This document shows positions 1-8,686 of a DNA stretch of 64,000 nucleotides, one piece after another (the stretch's first letter is position 1; each line of letters starts with the position of its first letter). Source of the DNA: Desulfurobacteriaceae bacterium (GTDB taxonomy: Bacteria > Aquificota > Aquificia > Desulfurobacteriales > Desulfurobacteriaceae); NCBI GenBank assembly GCA_027013575.1, contig JALWGN010000122.1, forward strand, positions 378 to 64,377, in the 5' to 3' direction. Both the position numbers and the translations under genes were made by a program. Under the pieces are notes generated by a model, which saw only the letters and a list, made by a program, of their open reading frames with translations, was not told the origin of the DNA and did not search any database.

Positions 1-1103
1 CTAGCCAGCATAACATCAATTTCATCTTTTATCACTTCGGGACGAAGGTTAATCTGAAAGTTAAGTTTAGAAAGTTCAGATATTGCTTGATTAAACTGCT
101 GTAACTTTTGAACTAAAGATCTATTAATCATAAACAGTATTACGAAAACACTCAGTGAAAGAACAACCAAACCAGTTATCGTTACGCCAGCCTTTAGCAA
201 AGTTCTTTCTTTATACTTCCTTATCAATAAGAGATTAGACTTGCTCATATGGTCTTCAATATCTTTCATTTCATTAATGAAACTCGTTATAGTTTTAAAC
301 CAGTAGACAGGATCTACTCCAAACTTTCCTGTAGCTGCTTTCTCCTGAGCAATTTTTCTCATTCTAGAAACTTCTCTGTAAGTATTAGAATGGATGGCCT
401 GCTGATAGAGTTCTAGTGTTTTTTCGTCAGCTATATGATAGAAGGAGTCAAAGTAGGCCTTTTGCTCTGCTACAAGCTTTAACCACAAACTATACATTGA
501 AGGTGTAAAGTGATCTATTGAGAATACGCTGCTCAGCACCGCTCTCTCTATTCCTAATCTCTCCTTTGCCTTTAGAAAACAAGAATAGGCCTTTAATTCC
601 TTTACTAGTTCTGGCTTATTTGCATATTTAGCAGTTAAAGCAATAGCGTTAAGAAGATGACTATTAACTTCAGTGAAGTACTTTATCTCTTCTTTCGGAG
701 TAATCTCCAAAGACGAAACTCTACTTCTTACACTTCTCAAACTCTCCAAAGAGATTAAAGCCTTTTCTAGCTCTTCTTTTATTTCTTTAGGCAGTTCATG
801 TTGCTGGTTAATCTCAAGAAATCTTTTAAGTTTATTAAGCTTAATATCTGTTAATTCTCGCTGACTTGCCAATATTCCTGAGAACTTCCTTCCTTTACTT
901 CCTATATATCCGGCACTAGCCCCTCTCTCTTTCTGTAATTCATGGACCAAATTGCTAATTTTTATTGATAGTTCTGTTAGAAATTCATTCATAGAAAGAT
1001 TTTTGAAATCGGAATATGAATTCACAAGCGTATTTCCTATCAATATGAGGGAAAAAATTGCTATCAATGTGTTAACTAGTACGAGTTTCCTTCTAATTGT
1101 CAA
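1..1103 (-). CDS. Sensor protein, N-terminal part (NIT-like nitrate/nitrite-sensing domain, two TM helices, start of HAMP). Its C-terminal part lies beyond the window edge; probably a chemoreceptor or signalling protein.
   Basis: Own translation of the minus strand; absent from the ORF track because it runs off the window. TTG start at 1101-1103 follows a GGGGG SD. TM1 is LVLVNTLIAIFSLILIG. The motif LQKERGASAGYIGS is typical of NIT domains. TM2 is GVTITGLVVLSLSVFVILFMI, followed by a HAMP-like linker. Confidence 0.6.
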   Translation of the reverse strand, partial: MTIRRKLVLVNTLIAIFSLILIGNTLVNSYSDFKNLSMNEFLTELSIKISNLVHELQKERGASAGYIGSKGRKFSGILASQRELTDIKLNKLKRFLEINQQHELPKEIKEELEKALISLESLRSVRSRVSSLEITPKEEIKYFTEVNSHLLNAIALTAKYANKPELVKELKAYSCFLKAKERLGIERAVLSSVFSIDHFTPSMYSLWLKLVAEQKAYFDSFYHIADEKTLELYQQAIHSNTYREVSRMRKIAQEKAATGKFGVDPVYWFKTITSFINEMKDIEDHMSKSNLLLIRKYKERTLLKAGVTITGLVVLSLSVFVILFMINRSLVQKLQQFNQAISELSKLNFQINLRPEVIKDEIDVMLA

Positions 1104-1235
1104 CGTTGAACCCCCATAAATAGAAGTAAAGCTCAGAATCAGTGTTCTTATTATATCAATTTAAATAAGGAAATTTTAATCTAGAAGAACAATTTAAATC
1201 TTAAAATGGGTTTTAAAATATCTTAAGGCGGCAGG

Positions 1236-1652
1236 TTAAAACTCTGCGGAGTAGATGATCCTTAACGGGCAGGCGGGGATGCAGTGGCCACAGCCTACGC
1301 ACTTGTCTTTGTTGAACTCTACCCTGTAGGTTTCAGGGTCTAAGTAGAAGGCGTTGGTCGGGCAGGGGGCGATACAGGCTCCGCAGTGGACGCACTTCTC
1401 GTCCTCTCTGAAGATATCAAGCTCTAAGGGTTTGAGCTTTATCTTAAGGCTCCGCAGGAACTTTACGGCCTCGCCTATTTTCTTCCTGTCGCCGCGGAGC
1501 TCCACAACGGCGGAGCCTTCCATCTTCGGAAGTATCTCGGCTCTCAGGATATTAACAACAAGGTCGTAGTCTTTAACGAGTTTATAGATAACCGGCTTAT
1601 CCCAGGTCTCCTTCGGAAAGTGGAGAACAAGCCTTGTAGAGGTCTCTTTCAA
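1236..1652 (-). CDS. NIL-domain / 2x[4Fe-4S] ferredoxin-domain protein
   Basis: The N-terminal region is NIL-like (VIYKLVKDYDLVVNILRAEI). The C-terminus has two ferredoxin Cys clusters, CVHCGACIAPCP and CVGCGHCIPACP. Confidence 0.7.
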   Translation of the reverse strand: MKETSTRLVLHFPKETWDKPVIYKLVKDYDLVVNILRAEILPKMEGSAVVELRGDRKKIGEAVKFLRSLKIKLKPLELDIFREDEKCVHCGACIAPCPTNAFYLDPETYRVEFNKDKCVGCGHCIPACPLRIIYSAEF

Positions 1653-1708
1653 CTAACCCACCCCTTTCTGAGAATCGCTATCAATATAACTCAAATATAC
1701 CCTGAAAA

Positions 1709-2164
1709 TCAGGCCTTAACAACCTGAACTGGGATCTTCTTCCTGACGAAAACCTTTATAAACTGCTGGAATTTCCCGGTTAGTCCCTGTTCCCTCGTAA
1801 CGAGGCCGAACAGAACGTCCTCGTCTCCTCTAACTCTGAAGTAGAAGCTGTAGGTGTAGATCAGCCAGGTCTTCTTGTAGCCGGCAGCAGCAGCCTCTAC
1901 CTTCTTCCAGTCAACTTCTCTAACTGTGTTACCTCTTATGTCTCTAACCTTTAAACCCTTTGGAGTTAGAATGAGTTCAAAGTTCTTAAGGAAAGGCCTT
2001 GACTGCCAGATAACGACTCCCGCAAAGATGAGGGCTAAAGCCGCCAGTATCCACTTCCACGGAGAGGAGAGGAAGAGAGCTCCCACTAAAAACAGAAAGT
2101 CAAAAATCAGCGGAACTGCAATAAAGAGAATGTCCTGCTTAACTCTAAACTCCTTCCTCTCCAT
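1709..2164 (-). CDS. Hypothetical membrane protein (two N-terminal TM helices plus a small soluble domain)
   Basis: ORF of 151 aa with hydrophobic segments ILFIAVPLIFDFLFLVGALFL and WILAALALIFAGVVIW. Its start (2164) abuts the nadA stop codon (2164-2166). No recognisable catalytic motif. Confidence 0.5.
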   Translation of the reverse strand: MERKEFRVKQDILFIAVPLIFDFLFLVGALFLSSPWKWILAALALIFAGVVIWQSRPFLKNFELILTPKGLKVRDIRGNTVREVDWKKVEAAAAGYKKTWLIYTYSFYFRVRGDEDVLFGLVTREQGLTGKFQQFIKVFVRKKIPVQVVKA

Positions 2165-3072
2165 TAGCTAACCTCCAGCATCCTCTCAATGGCTCTCCTG
2201 GCGCCTTCAGCAACTGCCGGGTCAACGTGAACCTCAAACTGCTCCCTCTCAAGGGCTTTAAGGAGCCTTTCAACTGTAATCATCTTCATCTGGTCGCAGA
2301 TAAACTCGCTGTATGCAGGGATAAACTCAATATCCGGCCTCAGCTTTTTAAGCTGGTGAATCGTTCCTTTCTCTGTTCCAACGATAACTCTCTTCGCGTC
2401 TGTCTCCTTAACGAACCTGACTATCTGCGAAGTGCTCCCTATAAATTCTGCAATCTCCCTTACCTCTTTCCTGCACTCGGGGTGAACGACGAAAACTGCG
2501 TCCGGGTTTTCCTCTTTTACCCTCCTTGCCTCCTCAGGGGTGAGCTTTTGGTGAACCGGGCAGTAGCCGCTCCAGACCTTTACCTCTTTACCTTTAACCT
2601 TCTCTGCAACGTAGGAGCCAAGGTTTTTATCGGGAACGAAGAGGATCTTCTCTGCATCTATAGACTCAACTATCTTCACGGCGTTTGCCGAGGTGCAGCA
2701 GATGTCTGAAACTGCCTTAACGTCTGCCGAGCTGTTTACGTAGGTCACAACGGCGTATTCAGGGTTCTTCTCCCTGAACTCCTTTACCTCTTCAGCTATT
2801 GCCATGTCTGCCATAAGGCAGCCGGCCTTGTAGTAGGGAATCAGAACTTTCCTTTTAGGGTTTAAGACCTTTGCCGTTTCGGCCATGAAGTAAACGCCGC
2901 AGAAGACGATAATGTCTGCCTCTGTCTCCTTTGCCTTCCTTGCAAGCTCTAAGGAGTCTCCAACAAAGTCTGCAACGTCCTGTATCGCCCCGTCAACGTA
3001 GTAGTGGGCAAGTATTACGGCGTTTTTCTCCTCTTTTAGCTCCCTTATCCTGTCTAACATACCTACTCCCAC
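2164..3072 (-). CDS. nadA: Quinolinate synthase NadA
   Basis: 302 aa with the characteristic AVILAHYY N-terminus, conserved Cys residues and NadA-like length. Confidence 0.9.
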   Translation of the reverse strand: MGVGMLDRIRELKEEKNAVILAHYYVDGAIQDVADFVGDSLELARKAKETEADIIVFCGVYFMAETAKVLNPKRKVLIPYYKAGCLMADMAIAEEVKEFREKNPEYAVVTYVNSSADVKAVSDICCTSANAVKIVESIDAEKILFVPDKNLGSYVAEKVKGKEVKVWSGYCPVHQKLTPEEARRVKEENPDAVFVVHPECRKEVREIAEFIGSTSQIVRFVKETDAKRVIVGTEKGTIHQLKKLRPDIEFIPAYSEFICDQMKMITVERLLKALEREQFEVHVDPAVAEGARRAIERMLEVS

Positions 3073-4619
3073 TCAATCGTTCCGGGTGGTTTTGAGGTGA
3101 TGTCGTAAACCACTCTGTTAACTCCCTCAACCTCGTTGATTATCCTGTTTGAGATCCTCTCTAAAAGGTCGTACGGGAGCTTTACCCAGTCTGCCGTCAT
3201 TCCGTCTGTGCTCTCAACCGCTCTAACCGCTATCACGTAGTCGTAGGTTCTTACGTCTCCCATAACCCCAACTGTTTGAATGGGCAGGAAGACGGCAAAG
3301 GACTGCCAGATCTTGTCGTAGAGGCCGGCTTTCTTTATCTCCTCTAGAACGATGGCGTCGGCCTCCCTTAAAATCTTCAGGTACTCAGGCTTAACCTCTC
3401 CGATTATCCTTATTGCAAGGCCGGGGCCGGGGAAGGGCTGCCTCTTGATAATCTCGTCTGGAAGTCCAAGCTCCTTACCAAGCTCCCGAACTTCGTCTTT
3501 GAAGAGCTCCCTCAGAGGTTCAATCAGCTTAAAGTTGAGCCTTTCGGGAAGCCCGCCAACGTTGTGGTGGGACTTAATAGTTGCAGAGGGTCCCTTAACG
3601 GAAACGCTCTCTATTACATCTGGGTAGAGCGTTCCCTGAGCCAGGAACTCTGCGTTTGGTATCTTCTTCGCCTCTCTCTCAAAGACCTCAATAAATGTGT
3701 GGCCGATAATCTTCCTTTTCTGTTCCGGGTCTGTAACCCCCTTTAACCTCTCCAAGAAAAGACTTGAGGCGTCAACGACTCTGAAGTTCTTCATGTGGAA
3801 CTTCTCTTTAAAAGTCCTCTCAACAGACTCCCTCTCTCCCTTCCTTAAAAGGCCTGTATCAACGAATATGGGGTAGAGCTGGTCTCCAATGGCTCTGTGG
3901 AGGAGTGCTGCAACTACAGAGGAGTCAACTCCCCCTGAGAGGGCACAGATAACGTTCTTATCTCCAACTGTCTCTCTTATTTTCTCAATCTCGTACTCTA
4001 TGAAGTTGTGCATCGTCCAGGTCTGCTCGCAACCGCAGATTCTAACGGCAAAGTTCTCTAAGATTTTGTCTCCGTACTGGGTGTGTTTAACCTCGGGGTG
4101 GAACTGGACGCCGAAGATTTTCCTCTCGTTGTTTCTGATGGCAGCATAGGGGGCGTTCTCCGTCTCTGCTATCGGCTCAAAGCCTTCAGGTATCTTCAAG
4201 ACCCTGTCTCCGTGGCTCATCCAGACTGTAAACCTGTCTGGCAGGCCGTAGAAGAGGTCTGAGTGGTCTAAAACGTGGAGCTCCGCCCTCCCGTACTCGT
4301 GCCTCTCGGCTCTAACAACCTCTCCGCCAAAGAGGTAGGTTATGAGCTGCATACCGTAGCAGATGCCTAAAACGGGAACCCCAAGGTCAAAGATCTCCTT
4401 ACTCACCTTCGGGGAGTCTGGAGCGTAAACGCTTGCAGGACCTCCCGAGAGGATAATCCCTTTTGGCTTAAACTCCTTAATCTTCTCAATCGGCGTGTTG
4501 TAGGGGTGAATTTCACAGTAGACGTGTTTCTCCCTCAACCTCCTTGCAATAAGCTGGGTGTACTGGGAGCCAAAGTCTAAGATGAGTATCTTACTCTCGT
4601 GGATGTCTTTAACGGCCAT
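3063..4619 (-). CDS. guaA: GMP synthase (glutamine-hydrolysing)
   Basis: 518 aa. GATase domain (GICYGMQ), ATP-PPase P-loop SGGVDSS and the C-terminal GMP synthase dimerisation region ending PPGTIEWE. Confidence 0.95.
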   Translation of the reverse strand: MAVKDIHESKILILDFGSQYTQLIARRLREKHVYCEIHPYNTPIEKIKEFKPKGIILSGGPASVYAPDSPKVSKEIFDLGVPVLGICYGMQLITYLFGGEVVRAERHEYGRAELHVLDHSDLFYGLPDRFTVWMSHGDRVLKIPEGFEPIAETENAPYAAIRNNERKIFGVQFHPEVKHTQYGDKILENFAVRICGCEQTWTMHNFIEYEIEKIRETVGDKNVICALSGGVDSSVVAALLHRAIGDQLYPIFVDTGLLRKGERESVERTFKEKFHMKNFRVVDASSLFLERLKGVTDPEQKRKIIGHTFIEVFEREAKKIPNAEFLAQGTLYPDVIESVSVKGPSATIKSHHNVGGLPERLNFKLIEPLRELFKDEVRELGKELGLPDEIIKRQPFPGPGLAIRIIGEVKPEYLKILREADAIVLEEIKKAGLYDKIWQSFAVFLPIQTVGVMGDVRTYDYVIAVRAVESTDGMTADWVKLPYDLLERISNRIINEVEGVNRVVYDITSKPPGTIEWE

Positions 4620-4756
4620 AACCTCTCCCGATTAGAGTTTCTTCAGAACAAAGTAGAGAAAAACCATTGATCCCGTAAATCCAACAATAAATATAGCAAT
4701 AAGTTCTAAGAGTTTTGTATCCACAGCAGTCTCTCTAAAGAGTTTGAGGGGAAATT

Positions 4757-5455
4757 TTAACCTTTTCGGGAGAGTTTCTCTCTGAACTTCTCAAGGAGCT
4801 CCCTCCTCCCGAAAACCTCAATCCGCCGGTAGTTGTAGAATTTTAAAACCATACGAACGTACTGGCAGCCGAACTCTCCGTCTAAGCCGCTGCAGCAGGG
4901 AACTACCTTTTTGCCGTTCTTACACTCTACAGGAAGGGAGTTGAGGAACTTCAGCTTGCTTCCCCTCTTACCGCGCCTTAAAGGGTCTCTCCACTGGCGA
5001 ACCATGTTTGCCTTGCATTCGTGGAGCTCCAAAACCTCCTTACCGGAAAAGGCAACGTCAATCTCCTTATCTGAGAGCTTCCTGCTCTTTTTGAAGACCC
5101 TGCACTGGTTAACCCGTCTGAACCTTCCTTTAAAAGTAAAAGGGCCAAGCTTTGAAACGAGAACCTCCAGCAGGTCTCCCCTCTGTCTGTCTCCAGAGAC
5201 GAAAAACTTCCTCAGCGTTTTAAGAACCTTCTCGGCAGAGGCAAAGTCAATAAGCTCAAGCTCAACCATGTCTTTAACGGCAAGGAACACCCTCTCTGCC
5301 TTAACCTGAGGAGGGTCTGTTGGCCTGAAGCTGTTTACAACCTCAAGGAGGAGTGAAAAGGCCTTGGGGTTTTTTGAGAGAGCTCCCAAAAACTCCTCAA
5401 TCTCGGCGTTAAGGAGTGAAGAGAGCCTCTTTCCCTTCCTGCAGCTACAGCTCAC
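4757..5455 (-). CDS. Hypothetical protein with a C-terminal PD-(D/E)xK nuclease-like motif set and clustered cysteines
   Basis: 232 aa. It has GDLLE(97), then EID(133)VAF, then LELHE(146)CK(148), which is the spacing and pattern of restriction-endonuclease-fold active sites. Cys residues lie at 3, 5, 147, 178, 187, 188 and 197. It overlaps the upstream ORF by 11 nt. Confidence 0.45.
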   Translation of the reverse strand: MSCSCRKGKRLSSLLNAEIEEFLGALSKNPKAFSLLLEVVNSFRPTDPPQVKAERVFLAVKDMVELELIDFASAEKVLKTLRKFFVSGDRQRGDLLEVLVSKLGPFTFKGRFRRVNQCRVFKKSRKLSDKEIDVAFSGKEVLELHECKANMVRQWRDPLRRGKRGSKLKFLNSLPVECKNGKKVVPCCSGLDGEFGCQYVRMVLKFYNYRRIEVFGRRELLEKFREKLSRKG

Positions 5456-5798
5456 GGCGAACTTCCTTTAAAAAGATTCCGGCGTTTAAAAGGTAGATGG
5501 GGAGAATTGAGAGGAGCTCCCCCTCCTTTGCCTTCTCAAGCCTTTTCAGAACGGTTGCTCTCCGGGTTCCGGGTTTCACCTCTACATCGGAAACGTTAAC
5601 GAACCTCACGTTTGCAACCTGAAACTCCCCGACGATAGACCCGGAGAGCTCCACAGCAACCTTATAAAGGTTCCCCCTTTTCTCAACAACTTCAGAGGAG
5701 ACAGAAAGGTTAAGAGTACAATCAGAGCTCTTTTCCTCCAAAGAGGAGTCAACGAAAACCTCCTGGAGAACCCACCTGCTTGAGACCTCAGTCATCAC
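5445..5798 (-). CDS. Hypothetical protein (middle gene of the three-gene cassette)
   Basis: 117-aa ORF that overlaps both neighbours by 11 nt each. No motif recognised. Confidence 0.4.
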   Translation of the reverse strand: MMTEVSSRWVLQEVFVDSSLEEKSSDCTLNLSVSSEVVEKRGNLYKVAVELSGSIVGEFQVANVRFVNVSDVEVKPGTRRATVLKRLEKAKEGELLSILPIYLLNAGIFLKEVRREL

Positions 5799-6186
5799 CC
5801 CCCTCTAAAACGTCAACAAACTCACACAGGTAGTCTAAAGAAGAGGTAAGCCACACCTTTAGTTCAACTTCCCTTTCACTTCCCGACTCCGCAGCCCACT
5901 GGAACCGCTGAAATACCCTGTAGAAAGCGTTGTAAACGGCCTTCCTCTTCTTCAGCGAAGCACCATCAAGCTTCTCAAATCTCCTCTTTAGAACTCTCAA
6001 CTTCTTAAACCCTCTCCTCCTCATAAGTTCAAAGAGAGCTCTATTTGTCGTTTTACCCTCATCAAAGGTTGAAAGTGCTTCTTCCACTTTCTTCTCAAAG
6101 AGGGAGAACTGCTGGGAGGGACTGAGGAAGTAGATGGCCGGTACTGCTCCCTTTCTCCTGACGACCTTCAGTTTCATAGCAACCAT
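5788..6186 (-). CDS. Hypothetical basic protein (first gene of the three-gene cassette)
   Basis: 132-aa ORF with an Arg/Lys-rich centre (MRRRGFKKLRVLKRRFEKLDGASLKKRK) and an acidic C-terminus. The start codon abuts the 6185-6202 palindrome. Confidence 0.4.
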   Translation of the reverse strand: MVAMKLKVVRRKGAVPAIYFLSPSQQFSLFEKKVEEALSTFDEGKTTNRALFELMRRRGFKKLRVLKRRFEKLDGASLKKRKAVYNAFYRVFQRFQWAAESGSEREVELKVWLTSSLDYLCEFVDVLEGGDD

Positions 6187-6202
6187 GCTAAAATTTTAGC
6201 AT
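6185..6202. promoter_or_regulatory. Perfect 18-bp palindrome ATGCTAAAATTTTAGCAT between divergent genes. Candidate pair of back-to-back extended -10 elements (TGCTAAAAT on each strand) or an operator.
   Basis: Read directly. The reverse complement is identical. The gap between the two divergent start codons (6186 and 6204) is only 17 bp. Confidence 0.35.
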
Positions 6203-6203
6203 T

Positions 6204-6806
6204 ATGAAATACGAGACCTTCATCTCTGAAAGGGACAAGGACGGCAGATCCATAAAGGAGATTAAAGGAACTCCCGTTGTAACCCCTGTTCAGGTACACG
6301 GAGGGAAGGTAGCGTTCATTGGATCCGTCCCTCAAAAACCTCCTGTAGCAGACGGTCTTATAACAGACACGAAGAACCTCTGGATAGGGGTTCTAACGGC
6401 AGACTGCCTCCCCGTTTTCCTAATAGGAGAGGGGGTCGTTGGAGTAGTTCACGCCGGATGGAGGGGAACGCTGAAAGGGATTACTTTCAACGCCGTTTCC
6501 TACATAAACAGGTTTTCCAGAGTAAAAAAAGCCATTTTAGGGGTGGGAATCTGTGGAAAGTGCTACGAGGTGGGAGAGGACGTCTACAAACTCTTTCCCC
6601 ACGAGTATAAGAGCTGCTTCAAAGAGATAGGGGAAGGGAAGTTCCTGTTAGACCTAAAAGAAGCAAACAAAATACAGCTGAAGGCTGCAGGAGTCTCCGA
6701 GATTGAGGACTTAAACCTGTGCTCCGTCTGTAACAACGACAGGTTCTTCTCCTACAGGAAGGAAAAGACCGACAAGAGAACCCTTTCTGCCATAAGGTTA
6801 ATCTGA
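6204..6806 (+). CDS. pgeF: YfiH/PgeF-family (DUF152, laccase-domain) protein
   Basis: 200 aa with QVHGGKV, DGLITD, LTADCLPVFL, HAGWRGT and the C-terminal CSVCNNDRFFSYR, the usual DUF152 motif series. The N-terminus is shorter than typical. Confidence 0.8.
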   Translation: MKYETFISERDKDGRSIKEIKGTPVVTPVQVHGGKVAFIGSVPQKPPVADGLITDTKNLWIGVLTADCLPVFLIGEGVVGVVHAGWRGTLKGITFNAVSYINRFSRVKKAILGVGICGKCYEVGEDVYKLFPHEYKSCFKEIGEGKFLLDLKEANKIQLKAAGVSEIEDLNLCSVCNNDRFFSYRKEKTDKRTLSAIRLI

Positions 6807-7742
6807 TGGAGCTCCTTTTCGTTTTAGCCCTCTCCTTCAAAAAGGGTTTCGGCTTTCACAGAATAAAGAGGCTCGTTGAAAGGCACGGCTCCGTAAAAGA
6901 AGGAATAAAAGAAGAAAAGGTTGAAATCTTTCAGGAACTTAAACGGGCAGAGGAAGAAATTAAAAGAGCCGAAAAGCTGAAAGTAAAAATCGTTCCGTTT
7001 ACATCAAAAGAGTATCCCAAAAAACTCCTTAACATCTCTCAACCTCCTGTGGTTCTCTACGCTAAAGGGGAACTCAAAGAGGAGCTGGCAGTTGCCGTTG
7101 TTGGCTCAAGGAGGTGTTCTTCCTACGGAAGGAGCGTTGCCTTCAGGCTTGGGAAGTTCCTCTCGGAAAGCGGAGTAACCGTTGTCAGCGGCCTTGCTCT
7201 GGGAATTGACAGTGCCGCCCACAGGGGAGCTCTCTCAGGCGACGGGAAGACTGTAGCCGTTCTTGGAAGCGGCGTTGACATGGTTTACCCTGTAGAGAAT
7301 AAACCCCTGGCGGAAAGGATTGTTGAAGGTGGAGGAGCCGTTATCTCCGAGTTTCCACTTGGGACAAAGGCCAGAAAGGAGTTCTTCCCGAGAAGAAACA
7401 GGATAGTAAGCGGCCTATCAGACTGCGTTGTTGTCGTTGAGGCTTCAGAGAGGAGCGGAACATTTATAACCGTTAACTACGCCTTAGAGCAGGGAAAAGA
7501 GGTTCTGGCCGTTCCGGGAAGTATAGACTCCCCGTTTAGCAGGGGAACAAACAGGCTGATAAGGGAAAGAAATTCCAGAAGAACTTGCAGGTATTTACAG
7601 CCTCCTTTTAGAAAAACCGCTAACCGCCGACCAGATTTCACAGATAACGGGAAAAAATCCGCAGGAAATCTCTGTTATCCTCACAAAACTTGAGCTGAAG
7701 AAACTGATAACAAGAGAAGGAGCAACCTACAGAGCATGCTAA
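6806..7742 (+). pseudogene. dprA: DNA processing protein DprA/Smf, interrupted by a frameshift near 7563-7571
   Basis: Frame 1 (6806 onward) encodes the Rossmann-like DprA core (VVGSRRCSSYG, SGLALGIDSAAHRGAL, VAVLGSGVD, SGTFITVNYALEQGKEV). It then becomes junk (RERNSRRTCRYLQPPF...). The +1 frame is open from 7563 and reads GKEIPEELAGIYSLLLEKPLTADQISQITGKNPQEISVILTKLELKKLITREGATYRAC. This is a typical DprA C-terminal winged-helix domain, ending at 7742 and overlapping the next gene start. Confidence 0.7.
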
Positions 7743-8686
7743 AGGAGAAAATAGTTAAAGAGGTAAGGAAAAGGGGATTTATAACCTTTGACAGGTTCGT
7801 TGAGGTATGCCTCTACGACAGAGAATTTGGCTACTACACGAAAAAGAGAATAAAAACAGGCTTAGGAGAGGACTTTGTAACAGCTCCTGAAGTCTCTAAG
7901 AGCTTTGGAAAGACCGTTGCAAACTACCTGAAAAGGAGAGTAGAGGAGCTCTCACTGCCCTTAAAAATTCTGGAACTTGGCGGTGGAAAGGGCTTCCTGG
8001 CAAAAGACGTAGTTGAAACGCTAAACCCTGAAAGCTACACGGTTTTGGAGGTGAGGGAAAAGCCGAAGTGGCTCAAAGGGGTAAAATGGGTTAAGAGCCT
8101 GAAAGAGGTTGAACCATTTGAAGGAGTTGTTCTTTCAAACGAGTTCTTTGACGCATTTCCCTTTAAGAGGATTAAAAAAACTGAAGGGGAGCTCCGCGAG
8201 GTTGTAATAAGGGAGAGAGACGGGGAGCTCTACGAGGATACGGTTCCCTTTAGCGGGGAGCTCCCCTGCCAGATAGGGGAGGGTGAGGAGTACTGCCTCT
8301 TTACCGGATGGGAGGATTTTTTGAGGGAGCTCTCAGGGAAACTAAAGAGGGGAGTGTTTTTAACGTTTGACTACGGCGGAAAGTGCAGAGAAGTTGCAGG
8401 GAGAAAGAGCTTCAGAGCCTTCAGGAAGAACAGACTGTCTGAAGACTACCTGAAACACCCGGAAGAGACAGACCTTACAGCCCTCGTTGACTTTGACTAC
8501 CTGAGTTTACTGCTTGAGAAGACAGGCTTTAAGGTTGAGAGGTTAGCTCCCCAGAGCTCATTCCTCCTTGAGAACGGAATAGAGAAGTTTATAGAGCCCG
8601 GGGAAGTACCCCAGGCCTTAATGCTCCTCGTTGACATGGGAAGGAAGTTTAAGGTTCTTGAGGCTACCAGAGCTCGCAGCAGGTAA
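7736..8686 (+). CDS. SAM-dependent methyltransferase, MidA/NDUFAF7 (DUF185) family
   Basis: 316 aa. N-terminal ITFDRFVEVCLYDREFGYY is typical of the family. SAM-binding ILELGGGKG. Confidence 0.7.
   Translation: MLKEKIVKEVRKRGFITFDRFVEVCLYDREFGYYTKKRIKTGLGEDFVTAPEVSKSFGKTVANYLKRRVEELSLPLKILELGGGKGFLAKDVVETLNPESYTVLEVREKPKWLKGVKWVKSLKEVEPFEGVVLSNEFFDAFPFKRIKKTEGELREVVIRERDGELYEDTVPFSGELPCQIGEGEEYCLFTGWEDFLRELSGKLKRGVFLTFDYGGKCREVAGRKSFRAFRKNRLSEDYLKHPEETDLTALVDFDYLSLLLEKTGFKVERLAPQSSFLLENGIEKFIEPGEVPQALMLLVDMGRKFKVLEATRARSR

Noticed and set aside
4632-4724. 30-codon minus-strand ORF (VDTKLLELIAIFIVGFTGSMVFLYFVLKKL) between the three-gene cassette and guaA
   Set aside because: It has a hydrophobic single helix and a GTG start after AGAGAG. 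But it has no strong SD and no way to test conservation here. It is kept as a note only.
7563-7572. Programmed +1 ribosomal frameshift in dprA
   Set aside because: There is no known slippery or hungry-codon context that I can recognise, and no downstream stimulatory structure. An indel, real or artefactual, is the simpler explanation.
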